From positions 1-25,080 of the forward strand of contig JBGTHM010000111.1 of the NCBI GenBank assembly GCA_041746255.1: a DNA stretch of 25,080 bases. The letters are read 5' to 3'. The notes beneath the pieces were generated by a model. It worked only from the letters and a program-made list of their open reading frames with translations. It ran no database searches and was not told the DNA's origin. Position numbers and translations under genes: made by a program. Within the stretch, counting starts at the first letter, position 1. The number at the start of each line of letters is the position of its first letter. Positions 1 through 8,825 of this stretch are shown in pieces. Origin of the DNA: Fibrobacteria bacterium (GTDB lineage Bacteria > Fibrobacterota > Fibrobacteria > UBA11236).

Positions 1-303
1 GGTAAAGTCAACGTGCCCGGGAGTGTCGATGATATTGATATGGGTCTCAGGAGCATCTTCAGTTTTGAGATAATAAGGCGTTTTTTTCCAAGTCACCCGG
101 GTGCAAGCCGATTGGATGGTGATGCCGCGTTCCCGCTCCAAATCCATGAAATCCATTACGGCTCCGACGCCGTCTTTGCCGCGCACTTCGTGGATCTTGT
201 GGATCATGTCGGTATAAAATAAGATGCGCTCGGTCAGGGTCGTTTTGCCCGAATCGATGTGGGCACTGATGCCGATATTACGAAGGTTGTCCAATGGTCT
301 CAT
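1..303 (-). CDS. fusA: Elongation factor G (spd/mitochondrial EF-G1-like subtype), N-terminal 101 aa; runs off the window edge
   Basis: Not in the ORF track. Manual translation from ATG at 303 gives [68 protein letters not shown]...[13 protein letters not shown], with G1, RGITI and DTPGH motifs. Confidence 0.95.
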   Translation of the reverse strand, partial: MRPLDNLRNIGISAHIDSGKTTLTERILFYTDMIHKIHEVRGKDGVGAVMDFMDLERERGITIQSACTRVTWKKTPYYLKTEDAPETHINIIDTPGHVDFT

Positions 304-429
304 GTCTTGTCGCTCGATTATATGTAATGTGAAACTGAAGCTGCGGCGGTGTACCCTTGCTCCCAGCGACCTTTTTCGACCATTGGGAAGCAGCCCGAGG
401 CGGCCTATAAGCCCGCCCAATATACAATT

Positions 430-471
430 AGGAGGCTGAAAAGTTAATACACGGGGCGAACCCATGCAAGG
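430..471 (-). promoter_or_regulatory. Putative sigma70-type promoter of fusA (TTGCAT-N17-TAACTT)
   Basis: The minus strand reads CCTTGCAT-N14-TATTAACTTT-TCAGC-CTCCT; the same architecture occurs upstream of rplM. Confidence 0.55.
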
Positions 472-522
472 GCGGGCTAAAAGGCCGACCCGACCGTGGG
501 AGCAGTGGCGGCCAGTGGGGTC

Positions 523-1137
523 TTACTCCGGCACACCGGGATTGAAGTTGGTGGAGCGGTCCGGTTCGGCTTCAGGAGGGGGATGAGCCGCGCTTTTATT
601 GAGGATGATGGTGAACAGGTCGTGCCCGATACGATAGCGCTTATCCATGATGCGTACGAGTTTATCGATTTCGATGGTTTCAGCGCCCGCCATGGCATCC
701 AATTGTTTGAGAATGTTTCCGAGAAAACCTTCGCCCTCCGGTTTTCCCGCCTTGAATTTTTCAATTCGGTTCCTATAAATGCGCATTTTCAAATCGGTTT
801 CAAATCGTTTGCGCAGGAAAAGCGTACTACTAATCATTTCCTTGAGAAAAAATACCAGGACGATTTCCTCCTCCAATACCCCGTAATGTTTGTCCTCGCG
901 ATACATTTTGAGCTTCTTGCGCTTCAGGCCTTTGGTGGCGTCGATGGCATAGTCGAGGGTTTTGCCCAATTGGGCAATGAAGTCATCAAGCTGCCTGATG
1001 ACATCCCTTTCCATATAAGGCTTCTGTTCGGTAAGGCTGACCAGGTTTAGAAAGGTCGAATAGGCAAGTTGATAGTGCGAATTTCGCATTCGCGTGAAAA
1101 AAGGGCGGTTCTTGGCAAAAATGTTGGGGTTGTTCAT
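523..1137 (-). CDS. Hypothetical protein, about 204 aa, predicted mostly alpha-helical
   Basis: ORF-track ORF 523..1173 with the start moved to ATG 1137, which forms an ATGA overlap with the upstream stop (1134-1136). No family recognised. Confidence 0.75.
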   Translation of the reverse strand: MNNPNIFAKNRPFFTRMRNSHYQLAYSTFLNLVSLTEQKPYMERDVIRQLDDFIAQLGKTLDYAIDATKGLKRKKLKMYREDKHYGVLEEEIVLVFFLKEMISSTLFLRKRFETDLKMRIYRNRIEKFKAGKPEGEGFLGNILKQLDAMAGAETIEIDKLVRIMDKRYRIGHDLFTIILNKSAAHPPPEAEPDRSTNFNPGVPE

Positions 1138-1613
1138 GGCGAAGAGTGTCTCTCCGCCGTCCGGCTCATCCAAACCATGATTACGTCCACGACTTCCAAA
1201 ACTGGAGCGGAATCGCTCACGTCAACCTTTTGTTCCTGAAATTCAAAATCGCCGTCCTTCAAGTCCAAAAAATGAAAGGCCGCCTCCAAGCCTTCTTTGC
1301 CCCGGAATAAGCTCCGGACAATAGCACCTTGGAGAAAAACAATGGAGCCCGCGCGCCGACCACTGGCCACTTGCAGGGTGCCGGTTCTTTTACCCAAAGC
1401 GATGAATTGGAATAGATCGTGCATGGGAGTCTGTTCCAGGTTTCCCTGTAGACCTGGGGAAGCGCCCCCTTCGGCTTTCTCCCGCTGAACATGCCGCCTG
1501 GAGGACACGGCTTCCGCCCGGTCCGTCCCGCGCCGGTATTTCCGAAAGCTCAGATAAACAGCCCAAGCCATCCCTCCGACTCCAAGCAGGGCGGCGATCC
1601 AATAGGGTTCCAC
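1134..1613 (-). CDS. Membrane-anchored DUF4388 (PatA_N-like) domain protein
   Basis: N-terminal hydrophobic helix (WIAALLGVGGMAWAVYLSF) with a basic flank, then LQGNLEQTPMHDLFQFIALGKRTGTL...GSIVFLQGAIV...GLEAAFHFLDLKDGDFEF, the typical DUF4388 pattern. GTG start. Confidence 0.8.
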   Translation of the reverse strand: MEPYWIAALLGVGGMAWAVYLSFRKYRRGTDRAEAVSSRRHVQREKAEGGASPGLQGNLEQTPMHDLFQFIALGKRTGTLQVASGRRAGSIVFLQGAIVRSLFRGKEGLEAAFHFLDLKDGDFEFQEQKVDVSDSAPVLEVVDVIMVWMSRTAERHSSP

Positions 1614-1644
1614 GCGTACGAATTCCTTTCCGTCCGACCGGGCG

Positions 1645-3972
1645 TCAATGCCCGGTTTGTCGTCTATACACTTCGGTGATTCCCTTGACTTTTTTCAAGG
1701 CCGTGATGCAGGCTTCCAGTTGATTGACGTCGGAGACCTGAACCTTGAAACGGTTCCGCACCTGTTCGCGCAGGGTTACGATATAGGCTCGAATGATATT
1801 GATCTTATACTTGGAAAAATTGACGCTGATGTCGTTGAGGAGGTCCGGCCGGTCTTTCGCATGTATCTCCACCACCACGTCGAAAACGGTTTTGACGTCG
1901 CTTTCGCTTTTCCATTGCACAGGAATTATTCTTTCCTCATCCTTCATCAACAGCATGCCTTCGGGACAATTGGCGCGATGGATGGATACGCCTCTACCCC
2001 GAGTCACATAGCCGATGATGGAATCGCCCGGAACGGGATGGCAACAAGTGGCGTACCGAATGAGCATATTGCTCATACCACTCACCAGCACGGAATCCAC
2101 CTCTTTTACCGGCCGCTTGAACATCATGCGATCGAGCATGCTCGGTTTTTTACGATTGGGATCGAGTTCCTGTACGAAATTGGAAAGTGCGCCCAGGGTT
2201 ATTTCGCCGTGTCCCAGCTTTTCCCAAAGTGTTTCCCAATCGCCTACGGAAAATTTTTCCGAAAAGGGCGCGAAATCCTGTTGGATGGTTTTGGGTGTGC
2301 GCGACAACCGGAATTCGCGCTCCAACAATTCCTTGCCCAGCAGCTGGCTATGCGCAGCCTCCTCGGTGCGCATCCACCGGCGGATGGCGCTTTTGGCCTT
2401 GGTGGTGGTAACGATGTTGAGCCAGTCCTTGGACGGCCGTTGCGACTCCGATTTCAATATTTCCACGCGCTCGCCGGTTTGTAATATCCGGTTGAGCGGC
2501 ACGAGGTTACCGTCCACTTTGGCGCCGATGCAATGCAATCCGATTTGCGAGTGCAATGAAAACGCGAAATCGAGCGCCGTGGCTCCCTTGGAAAGCTGCA
2601 CCAAGTCGCCCTGGGGCGTAAAGACGAAAATCTCCCCCGCGGTCAAATCCCCGCGGAAGAATTCCATGAATTCACCCGAATCCGTTAAGTCCTGTTGCCA
2701 ATCGATAATTTGTTTGAGCCATTTATTTTCCTTGCCGATGTCTTTGAACGGCATGGCTTCTTTATAGCCCCAGTGCGCGGCGATGCCCTGTTCCGCCGTC
2801 AGATCCATCTCTTCCGTGCGGATTTGCACCTCGATGGGTTTGCCTCCGGGGCCGATGACGGTGGTGTGCAACGATTGATACATATTCGATTTGGGTGTGG
2901 CGATGTAATCTTTGAAGCGCGACTGCAAAGGCGTCCATACCGAATGCACGATACCCAGTACCGCATAGCAATCGGCCACCGATTTCACGATGAGCCTTAA
3001 GGCGTATAGATCGTAGATATCCTCGAATTGACAGTTACGCGTCTGCATCTTATTCCAGATGCTGTAGAGGTGTTTGGGACGGCCGAAAACCTGGGCTTCC
3101 AGGCTGTTCGCGCCCAGCGCTTCTTTTACCGGCGCCAGGATGCTGCGGATATAGGCTTCCCGCTCGGGCCGTTTTTCCACCACCTTTTTCACGAGGTTTT
3201 TATACGCGTCGGGGTTCAGGAATTTGAAAGCCAAATCTTCCAGCTCCCATTTCACGCGCGCCAAACCGAAGCGATGCGCCAAGGGGGCGTAGACCTCCAA
3301 GGTTTCCGAAGCGATGGCCTTTTTGCGTTCCTCTTTGAGATAGCCCAAGGTTCGCATATTGTGCAGGCGATCAGCGAATTTGATCATGATGACCCGGATG
3401 TCCATGGCCATGCTGATAAGCATTTTACGGAAGGTTTCCGCCTGCTGCTCCGCCCGCGATTTCGATTTGATGGCCGATATCTTGGTAACGGCCTCCACCA
3501 AAAAGGCGACTTCCTCGCCGAAAATCTCCTTTATCTCCTGGAGAGAATGGGGCGTATCTTCGATTACGTCGTGGAGCAGTCCTGCTGTCAGCGTTACCGT
3601 GTCCAGTTTCATGTCGGCCAGGATTTTCGCAACTTCGAAGGGATGTTCCGCATAGGGCATGCCCGAGCTACGGAATTGATCCTTATGGGCCAGAAGGGAA
3701 AAATCCACTGCCTTTTCGATGAGCTCGCGGTTGAAATTCGGAGTGCGGGCTCCGATATAAGCCATGAGGTGTTCTTTGGCCCGATCGAGATTCCGCTCGA
3801 TTTCCGGAGTTCGGCCGGCGTCCTCCCCCGGTTCAGCGGGCAGGTCCGCCAAGCCCTCGATGTCAGGAGTAACCGATGCCTCGCCGTCCGTCCCGTTCCG
3901 GGTCGGTTGCTGAGGGGTGGATGGCTCGGGAATGGGCTCCACACCGGTGGGGATCGGGTCGACGCGTTCCAT
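1645..3972 (-). CDS. rel: Bifunctional (p)ppGpp synthetase/hydrolase, long RSH (Rel/SpoT)
   Basis: HD motif LLHDVIED, KFADRLHNMRT, synthetase GRPKHLYSI, RFKDYIATPKSNMYQSLHT (RxKD type), EVQIRT, TGS domain VFTPQGD..DFAF, CC motif CCHPVPGD, C-terminal ACT/RRM domain. Confidence 0.97.
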   Translation of the reverse strand: MERVDPIPTGVEPIPEPSTPQQPTRNGTDGEASVTPDIEGLADLPAEPGEDAGRTPEIERNLDRAKEHLMAYIGARTPNFNRELIEKAVDFSLLAHKDQFRSSGMPYAEHPFEVAKILADMKLDTVTLTAGLLHDVIEDTPHSLQEIKEIFGEEVAFLVEAVTKISAIKSKSRAEQQAETFRKMLISMAMDIRVIMIKFADRLHNMRTLGYLKEERKKAIASETLEVYAPLAHRFGLARVKWELEDLAFKFLNPDAYKNLVKKVVEKRPEREAYIRSILAPVKEALGANSLEAQVFGRPKHLYSIWNKMQTRNCQFEDIYDLYALRLIVKSVADCYAVLGIVHSVWTPLQSRFKDYIATPKSNMYQSLHTTVIGPGGKPIEVQIRTEEMDLTAEQGIAAHWGYKEAMPFKDIGKENKWLKQIIDWQQDLTDSGEFMEFFRGDLTAGEIFVFTPQGDLVQLSKGATALDFAFSLHSQIGLHCIGAKVDGNLVPLNRILQTGERVEILKSESQRPSKDWLNIVTTTKAKSAIRRWMRTEEAAHSQLLGKELLEREFRLSRTPKTIQQDFAPFSEKFSVGDWETLWEKLGHGEITLGALSNFVQELDPNRKKPSMLDRMMFKRPVKEVDSVLVSGMSNMLIRYATCCHPVPGDSIIGYVTRGRGVSIHRANCPEGMLLMKDEERIIPVQWKSESDVKTVFDVVVEIHAKDRPDLLNDISVNFSKYKINIIRAYIVTLREQVRNRFKVQVSDVNQLEACITALKKVKGITEVYRRQTGH

Positions 3973-4098
3973 GGTTTCGCGATTCCGTTGCTGAAGGTAA
4001 ACCGCTCGAATTAACGACTAGACCGCTTTTGTCGGCCCATATCCTTAACATAGCACCTTCAACACGCTAAATCCAGGGTGATTCGGCTCCACTTTCCC

Positions 4099-5613
4099 TC
4101 AAGTGAAGTAAATATCCTCGATATCCATGTTCCACCCCTCGAGCTGTTTGATGCGGCTGGGATGCTGCAATTTGGCCAAAGCCTTCGACTCGATTTGGCG
4201 CACCCGCTCCCGCGAAATCCGGTATTTGTCACCGATTTCCTTCAAGGTTTTGACCAGCCCGTCGTCCAAGCCGAAACGCATGCGTACGATAGCCTGTTCC
4301 TTGGAATCCAGGGATCCGAGAACGCCGTCGATTTGTTTGCGCAGCATCCGCATATTCACGGATTGCGAGGGCTTTTCCGCGGATTTGTCTTCAATGAACT
4401 CGGAGAAGGTGTTGCTTTGGTCGCCGTTGACATAATCGTCGAGAGAAATAGGGTCTTGCGATACATCCATCGCAAGCTGCACCTTCTTAAGGGAACAGCC
4501 GACTTTGGTGGCCACATCCTCGGGCACCGGATCCTTCCCGGTTGATTGTTGCAACTCGCGGCACACCCGCATCACTTTACGGACGATGTCGAGCATATTG
4601 GCGGGGACTCGCACCGTTTTCGCCTTATCCGCGATGGCGCGCGTGATGGATTGTTTGATCCACCAGGTCGCGTAGGTGGAAAATTTATATCCCTTGGTAT
4701 AATCGAAATTCTCCACCGCGCGGATTAGGCCGCTGTTTCCCTCCTGGATAAGATCGATTAGCTCGAGGCCCTTAGAGGTATAACGTTTAGCGATGGAAAC
4801 CACCAACCGTACGTTCGCCTCCACGATTTCCTCTTTGGCGCGGTCCCGTACGGCTTCCCATTGCTTGATTTTACGCAGGCGTTCGAAATCCTGTTCCGAA
4901 CTGGCCAATTCTTCCTTGTATTTGCCGACCAGGCGGTCGATTTGCTTATGGTTCAGCCGCAGCCCGATGCAGTCGTTGACCAGCCTCAGTTCGAGGTTTT
5001 CAATTTCGGAGGCCATGTGCTGGAGTTCCGGACTGCTATCGTTGCCGGCTTGCTCCTTGAGATCCTGGTAGGATCCGACCAGCGCCTGAAGCTTGTCGAA
5101 GTTCTTGCGCAGCCGCATGATTCCCGCGATGGCGCGTGCCTTCTCCGAATCATATACCCGCGTGTCGGTCCAGGCGTCATTGTCGATTTGCAGGATTTCC
5201 TCGACGCGGAGGTCTTCTTCGATGACCTGACGGCCCAGGTTCAAAACCTCGGCCACCATGCTCTGGGTGCGGAAGATAATAGCCCCGATGCGCTTTTGCA
5301 CCTCTTCGATACGCTTAGCGATGCTGACTTCCTGTTCGCGCGAGAGCAACGGAACTTTGCCCACCGAATTCAGGTAAACCCAAGTGGGATCATTGTAACG
5401 GGATATTTTCTTGAGGCTGTCGGTCTTGGTGGGTTTGCGCGTTCTGACATCGAATTCGGAAACCTGCACGCCTTGATCGACGAAGAATTGTCGAAGCGCG
5501 CCGTAATCCTCGTCCGTGCGCGCCAGCGTCCGGATTTGATTCTCGGCAATGAAGCCCTGCATTTTGGCCTGCTTTTGCAGCCTTCTGATGATGCGACCGT
5601 CTAACTCCGTCAT
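4099..5613 (-). CDS. rpoD: RNA polymerase sigma70 factor, RpoD-like
   Basis: Region 1.2 [18 protein letters not shown], regions 2.1-2.4 [32 protein letters not shown], region 4.2 [13 protein letters not shown]. Start moved to ATG 5613 (ATGA overlap with the dnaG stop, GGGAGA upstream). Confidence 0.9.
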   Translation of the reverse strand: MTELDGRIIRRLQKQAKMQGFIAENQIRTLARTDEDYGALRQFFVDQGVQVSEFDVRTRKPTKTDSLKKISRYNDPTWVYLNSVGKVPLLSREQEVSIAKRIEEVQKRIGAIIFRTQSMVAEVLNLGRQVIEEDLRVEEILQIDNDAWTDTRVYDSEKARAIAGIMRLRKNFDKLQALVGSYQDLKEQAGNDSSPELQHMASEIENLELRLVNDCIGLRLNHKQIDRLVGKYKEELASSEQDFERLRKIKQWEAVRDRAKEEIVEANVRLVVSIAKRYTSKGLELIDLIQEGNSGLIRAVENFDYTKGYKFSTYATWWIKQSITRAIADKAKTVRVPANMLDIVRKVMRVCRELQQSTGKDPVPEDVATKVGCSLKKVQLAMDVSQDPISLDDYVNGDQSNTFSEFIEDKSAEKPSQSVNMRMLRKQIDGVLGSLDSKEQAIVRMRFGLDDGLVKTLKEIGDKYRISRERVRQIESKALAKLQHPSRIKQLEGWNMDIEDIYFT

Positions 5614-7367
5614 GGTTTCTCCCAGCCCTTGAGTTTGGATTGATTCAGTTCTCTCAGCCTTTTTTGAAGCTCCATTTGCTTCGCCAAATCTTTTTCTTCC
5701 CGGCGGCATTTCTGGATATGGCGGATTTCTAAGGCCGTCACGACGTCCAGATATTCCCGCTCCAACCGGAAAAGCACTTCTTCGTCAATATCGCCTGCGG
5801 CTTCCACTTCCATGTGGGCCACGATGCCCTGTTCCTTCTCCGGAAGCCTTTCCAGAAATCCGCGTAAATCGAGGCCTTCCATTTCTTCGACATAGGCCAG
5901 AAGATGGTCGATCAGGGATTGCGCGGCCGGGTCGTCCACCCATTGCAATTCCAAACCCGCGGCGGCTCTCCGGCACAGCTCCTCGCTGGACAGAAGTAGG
6001 CGCAACAATTGCCATCCCGGGGTTTGCAAATTCATACGCGCTTCGGCTGTGGCCTGCGCGGCTACCTCCGCGGCCATGCGCGACGGCGCCACTCCCGACG
6101 CGAAACGCACGGTCAGGGGAAGGGTTCGCAGTTCAAAGCGTTTGGCCAATTGGCCCAGGTATTCCGATCGGACCATGGGAGCCGGGATTTGGCTGATGGT
6201 TTCGACGCATTGTTCGAAGAGAGCGTTTTTTTGTTCCGGACTGAGTGCCGAACCGGAGAGCTCGGACGTGAGAAATTGCACCAGGTTGGGGCTTTCCTGG
6301 AAAAGTTTCTGGGTTTCCGAAAGCCCCTTCTCACGCATGAAACTATCGGGGTCGTGGCTGGAGGCAAGTTCGGGAATCCGCACTTCTATGCCAGCCGCCA
6401 ATAATGCGGGCAGGCTGCGCTTGATGGCCTTACGTCCCGCCTCGTCCCCGTCGAAAAATAGCAGGGCCTTACCCGCGAATCGTGCCAAAACCCTTACATG
6501 TTCGCCCGTTAAGGCCGTTCCCGAAACCGCCACCGCATTATGTACTCCCGCCTGCCAGAGGCTAAGCAAGTCCATATACCCTTCCACCACTATGACCGTG
6601 CGGCTGGAGTCGATGGCATTGCGGGCGAAATGGATGCCGTAAAGAATACGGCTTTTCTGGTAGAGTGCCGATTCCGCCGAGTTGACGTACTTAGGTTGCG
6701 CACCGGCCTTGAGGACTCGACCTCCGAACGCCACGATATGACCGGTCATGTTCCAAATGGGGAAAAGCAAGCGGCCATGGAAACGATCGTAAATTCGTCC
6801 GTCGGCGCCTTGACCGAGAATTCCTGCGTCCATCAGAACCTGGCGGCCGATGCCTTCCTGCGCGGCCCGTTGTAAAAGCCCATCCGGATTTTCAGGAGCG
6901 TAACCCAATTGAAACCGGGATACGGTATCGCTCGTAAGACCCCGTTCGTTCAAATAGGCGAGCGCTTCGGGGCAACTGTCCAGTTGTTTACGGTAATAAG
7001 CTCCGGCTACGCTATTGGCCTTGAGGATTAAACTGCTTTTTTCACGCTCGCCCGAAGCCTCCCCTTTGCCTAAATCTTCAGGCAGGGAAAGGCCGGAACG
7101 TTCCGCCACCGATTTGAGCGCATCGATAAATTCGATTTTCTCATAGTCTTGCACGAAACGCAGGACATCGCCGCCCGCGCCGCAGGCGAAGCATTTATAA
7201 ATACCCATTTGGGGGGTAACGTTAAGACTGGGAGAGCGATCATGGTGGAAAGGGCAGAGACCGAGGAAGCGCGTCCCGGCTTTTTTCAAGGGAACGTATT
7301 GACCGATAATATCCACGATATCGGCTTGGTCCTTGACCTGATCGATAAAATCTTTAAAAGAACTCAT
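5610..7367 (-). CDS. dnaG: DNA primase
   Basis: CHC2 zinc finger [20 protein letters not shown], Toprim motifs VEGYMD and FDGDEAG. Start moved to ATG 7367 ([12 protein letters not shown]). Confidence 0.96.
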   Translation of the reverse strand: MSSFKDFIDQVKDQADIVDIIGQYVPLKKAGTRFLGLCPFHHDRSPSLNVTPQMGIYKCFACGAGGDVLRFVQDYEKIEFIDALKSVAERSGLSLPEDLGKGEASGEREKSSLILKANSVAGAYYRKQLDSCPEALAYLNERGLTSDTVSRFQLGYAPENPDGLLQRAAQEGIGRQVLMDAGILGQGADGRIYDRFHGRLLFPIWNMTGHIVAFGGRVLKAGAQPKYVNSAESALYQKSRILYGIHFARNAIDSSRTVIVVEGYMDLLSLWQAGVHNAVAVSGTALTGEHVRVLARFAGKALLFFDGDEAGRKAIKRSLPALLAAGIEVRIPELASSHDPDSFMREKGLSETQKLFQESPNLVQFLTSELSGSALSPEQKNALFEQCVETISQIPAPMVRSEYLGQLAKRFELRTLPLTVRFASGVAPSRMAAEVAAQATAEARMNLQTPGWQLLRLLLSSEELCRRAAAGLELQWVDDPAAQSLIDHLLAYVEEMEGLDLRGFLERLPEKEQGIVAHMEVEAAGDIDEEVLFRLEREYLDVVTALEIRHIQKCRREEKDLAKQMELQKRLRELNQSKLKGWEKP

Positions 7368-7593
7368 TGAAAAATCATTCCGGTTTCTACCTAAATATAA
7401 GCCCGAGTCGGCACTTTTGAGCCTGTCCCAAGGCTTTAGTTTTCGGATGACCGGCATATTTTGTTCTGTAAGGTGTTCTTTTTCGATCGGAAATTATTCT
7501 ATCTGTCTCCGGTATTATCGGATTTAACTATCTAAAACTTCAATAACAACTTGCATGGGGTGGCATGACCCCAATTTTTGGTAGATCTTCGAC

Positions 7594-8721
7594 GTGAATC
7601 CAAGCACCGAAACCCGCGGGCGTCGCCCCATGCTTATTTCCGGTTTACCCGGCGTTCCGGGATATAACGCCTTTCATTATTTCCGTAGGGTTTGGGGTGA
7701 GTCGGTAATCGGGCTGTGTCCCCTGCACGCCTTGAAGCAAAAACATCCCGGAACCGAATTTGTGGAAGCCTCGGATGAAGCGGCCATGGAAAATCTTTTC
7801 CGGACCCACCGCTTCGGCTCGGTGATAGATGCTTCCGGCTGGTGCGCCCTCAAGTCCTGTGAATTCGATCCAAAGAAGGCTCGGCTGCTCAACTTAACCG
7901 CGGGCGTAACCATTGCGCGCCTTTGCTCTCGTTACGGAGCGCGCCTCATCCGTCTTTCCACGGACCTGGTGTTCGACGGAAATCCTCGCTGCGAGAAGGG
8001 CGTCTGGATGACGGGGGATTATCAGGAGGATTCTCCTGTTTCACCCGTAACCGTATATGGAAAAACCATGGCGGAAGCCGAGGGCGCCATCCTTACAGAA
8101 AATCCCGAGGCCGTGGTGTTACGCATAGCCTTGCCTATGGGGCCCTCCTTTAACGGACATGCAGGCGCCATCGATTGGATTGACTCCCGATTCCGCCATG
8201 GCCGCCCGGCCACGCTCTATTATGACGAAGTCCGCAGTAATCTCTACGTGCAGGACTTACACAAAGTGATGGCCTTCTTTTTAAGGACGGATTGGGCGGG
8301 AATATTCCATGTCGGGGGAGGCATGCCTTTAAGCCTCTTCGAAATCGCCCAAACCATCAATCGGGTGGGCGGGTATGCTCCGGAACTCCTGCATGGCTGT
8401 TTGCGCCACGAAGCTGGACCCATGCCTCCCCGCGCCGGAAACGTTACCATGGATTGTGCCAAACTACGGTCGGTTTTTCCCGAGGGCATGCCCGGTCATT
8501 GGCCCCGCGCGGCGGACCATATACCGCTCTCTCCCACCTGGCATGGGGAGCGGCAACCTTCGCCCCTCGATTCAGGCATCGTGCAGCATCTTTATGGTTA
8601 TGCTTCCGGGCAAGAGGGCGCCCATCCCATGGAATTCATTCCGGCGCTCATTAGCGCATTGCACAAAATTCCCCGGACCGAAATGCCTCATGCTCTGGAT
8701 AAAAACGGGCACATTCATTAA
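7594..8721 (+). CDS. RmlD-like extended SDR / sugar-nucleotide-binding protein with atypical catalytic motif
   Basis: Rossmann GxxGxxG (SGLPGVPG), RLSTDLVFDG, PVTVYGKTMAEAE, DEVRSNLYVQDL, GIFHVGG. The start could be GTG 7594 or ATG 7630. Confidence 0.8.
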   Translation: MNPSTETRGRRPMLISGLPGVPGYNAFHYFRRVWGESVIGLCPLHALKQKHPGTEFVEASDEAAMENLFRTHRFGSVIDASGWCALKSCEFDPKKARLLNLTAGVTIARLCSRYGARLIRLSTDLVFDGNPRCEKGVWMTGDYQEDSPVSPVTVYGKTMAEAEGAILTENPEAVVLRIALPMGPSFNGHAGAIDWIDSRFRHGRPATLYYDEVRSNLYVQDLHKVMAFFLRTDWAGIFHVGGGMPLSLFEIAQTINRVGGYAPELLHGCLRHEAGPMPPRAGNVTMDCAKLRSVFPEGMPGHWPRAADHIPLSPTWHGERQPSPLDSGIVQHLYGYASGQEGAHPMEFIPALISALHKIPRTEMPHALDKNGHIH

Positions 8722-8775
8722 TTTGGTGGACAAAGGACTACCGCCGGACCCTCACCTGGGATAACCCCGCCCGAA

Positions 8776-8796
8776 TTTTATGGACCTTTTATGGAC
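8776..8796 (+). repeat. Tandem direct repeat TTTTATGGAC x2 (11-bp period) upstream of alaS
   Basis: 8776-8785 and 8787-8796 are identical 10-mers. Confidence 0.6.
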
Positions 8797-8825
8797 ATTT
8801 TCCGAACATACGCTAGGCTGGATGC

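Noticed and set aside
13..439. Plus-strand ORFs 13..222 and 224..439
   Set aside because: They are antisense shadows of fusA; the minus frame carries all EF-G motifs.
1648..4014. Long plus-strand ORFs (278, 250 and 328 aa) opposite rel
   Set aside because: Antisense shadows of a conserved gene, expected from codon bias, with no recognisable motifs.
5614..5709. ORF-track N-terminal extension of RpoD (likewise dnaG 7368-7457, pyrH 14777-14872, rseP 19734-19802)
   Set aside because: These extensions overlap neighbouring genes or promoter regions. Downstream ATGs with stop/start coupling or typical N-termini fit better.
7556..7573. Small palindrome TGGGGT-GGCATG-ACCCCA in the divergent dnaG/SDR gap
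   Set aside because: The stem is only 6 bp and occurs once, so it cannot be distinguished from chance.
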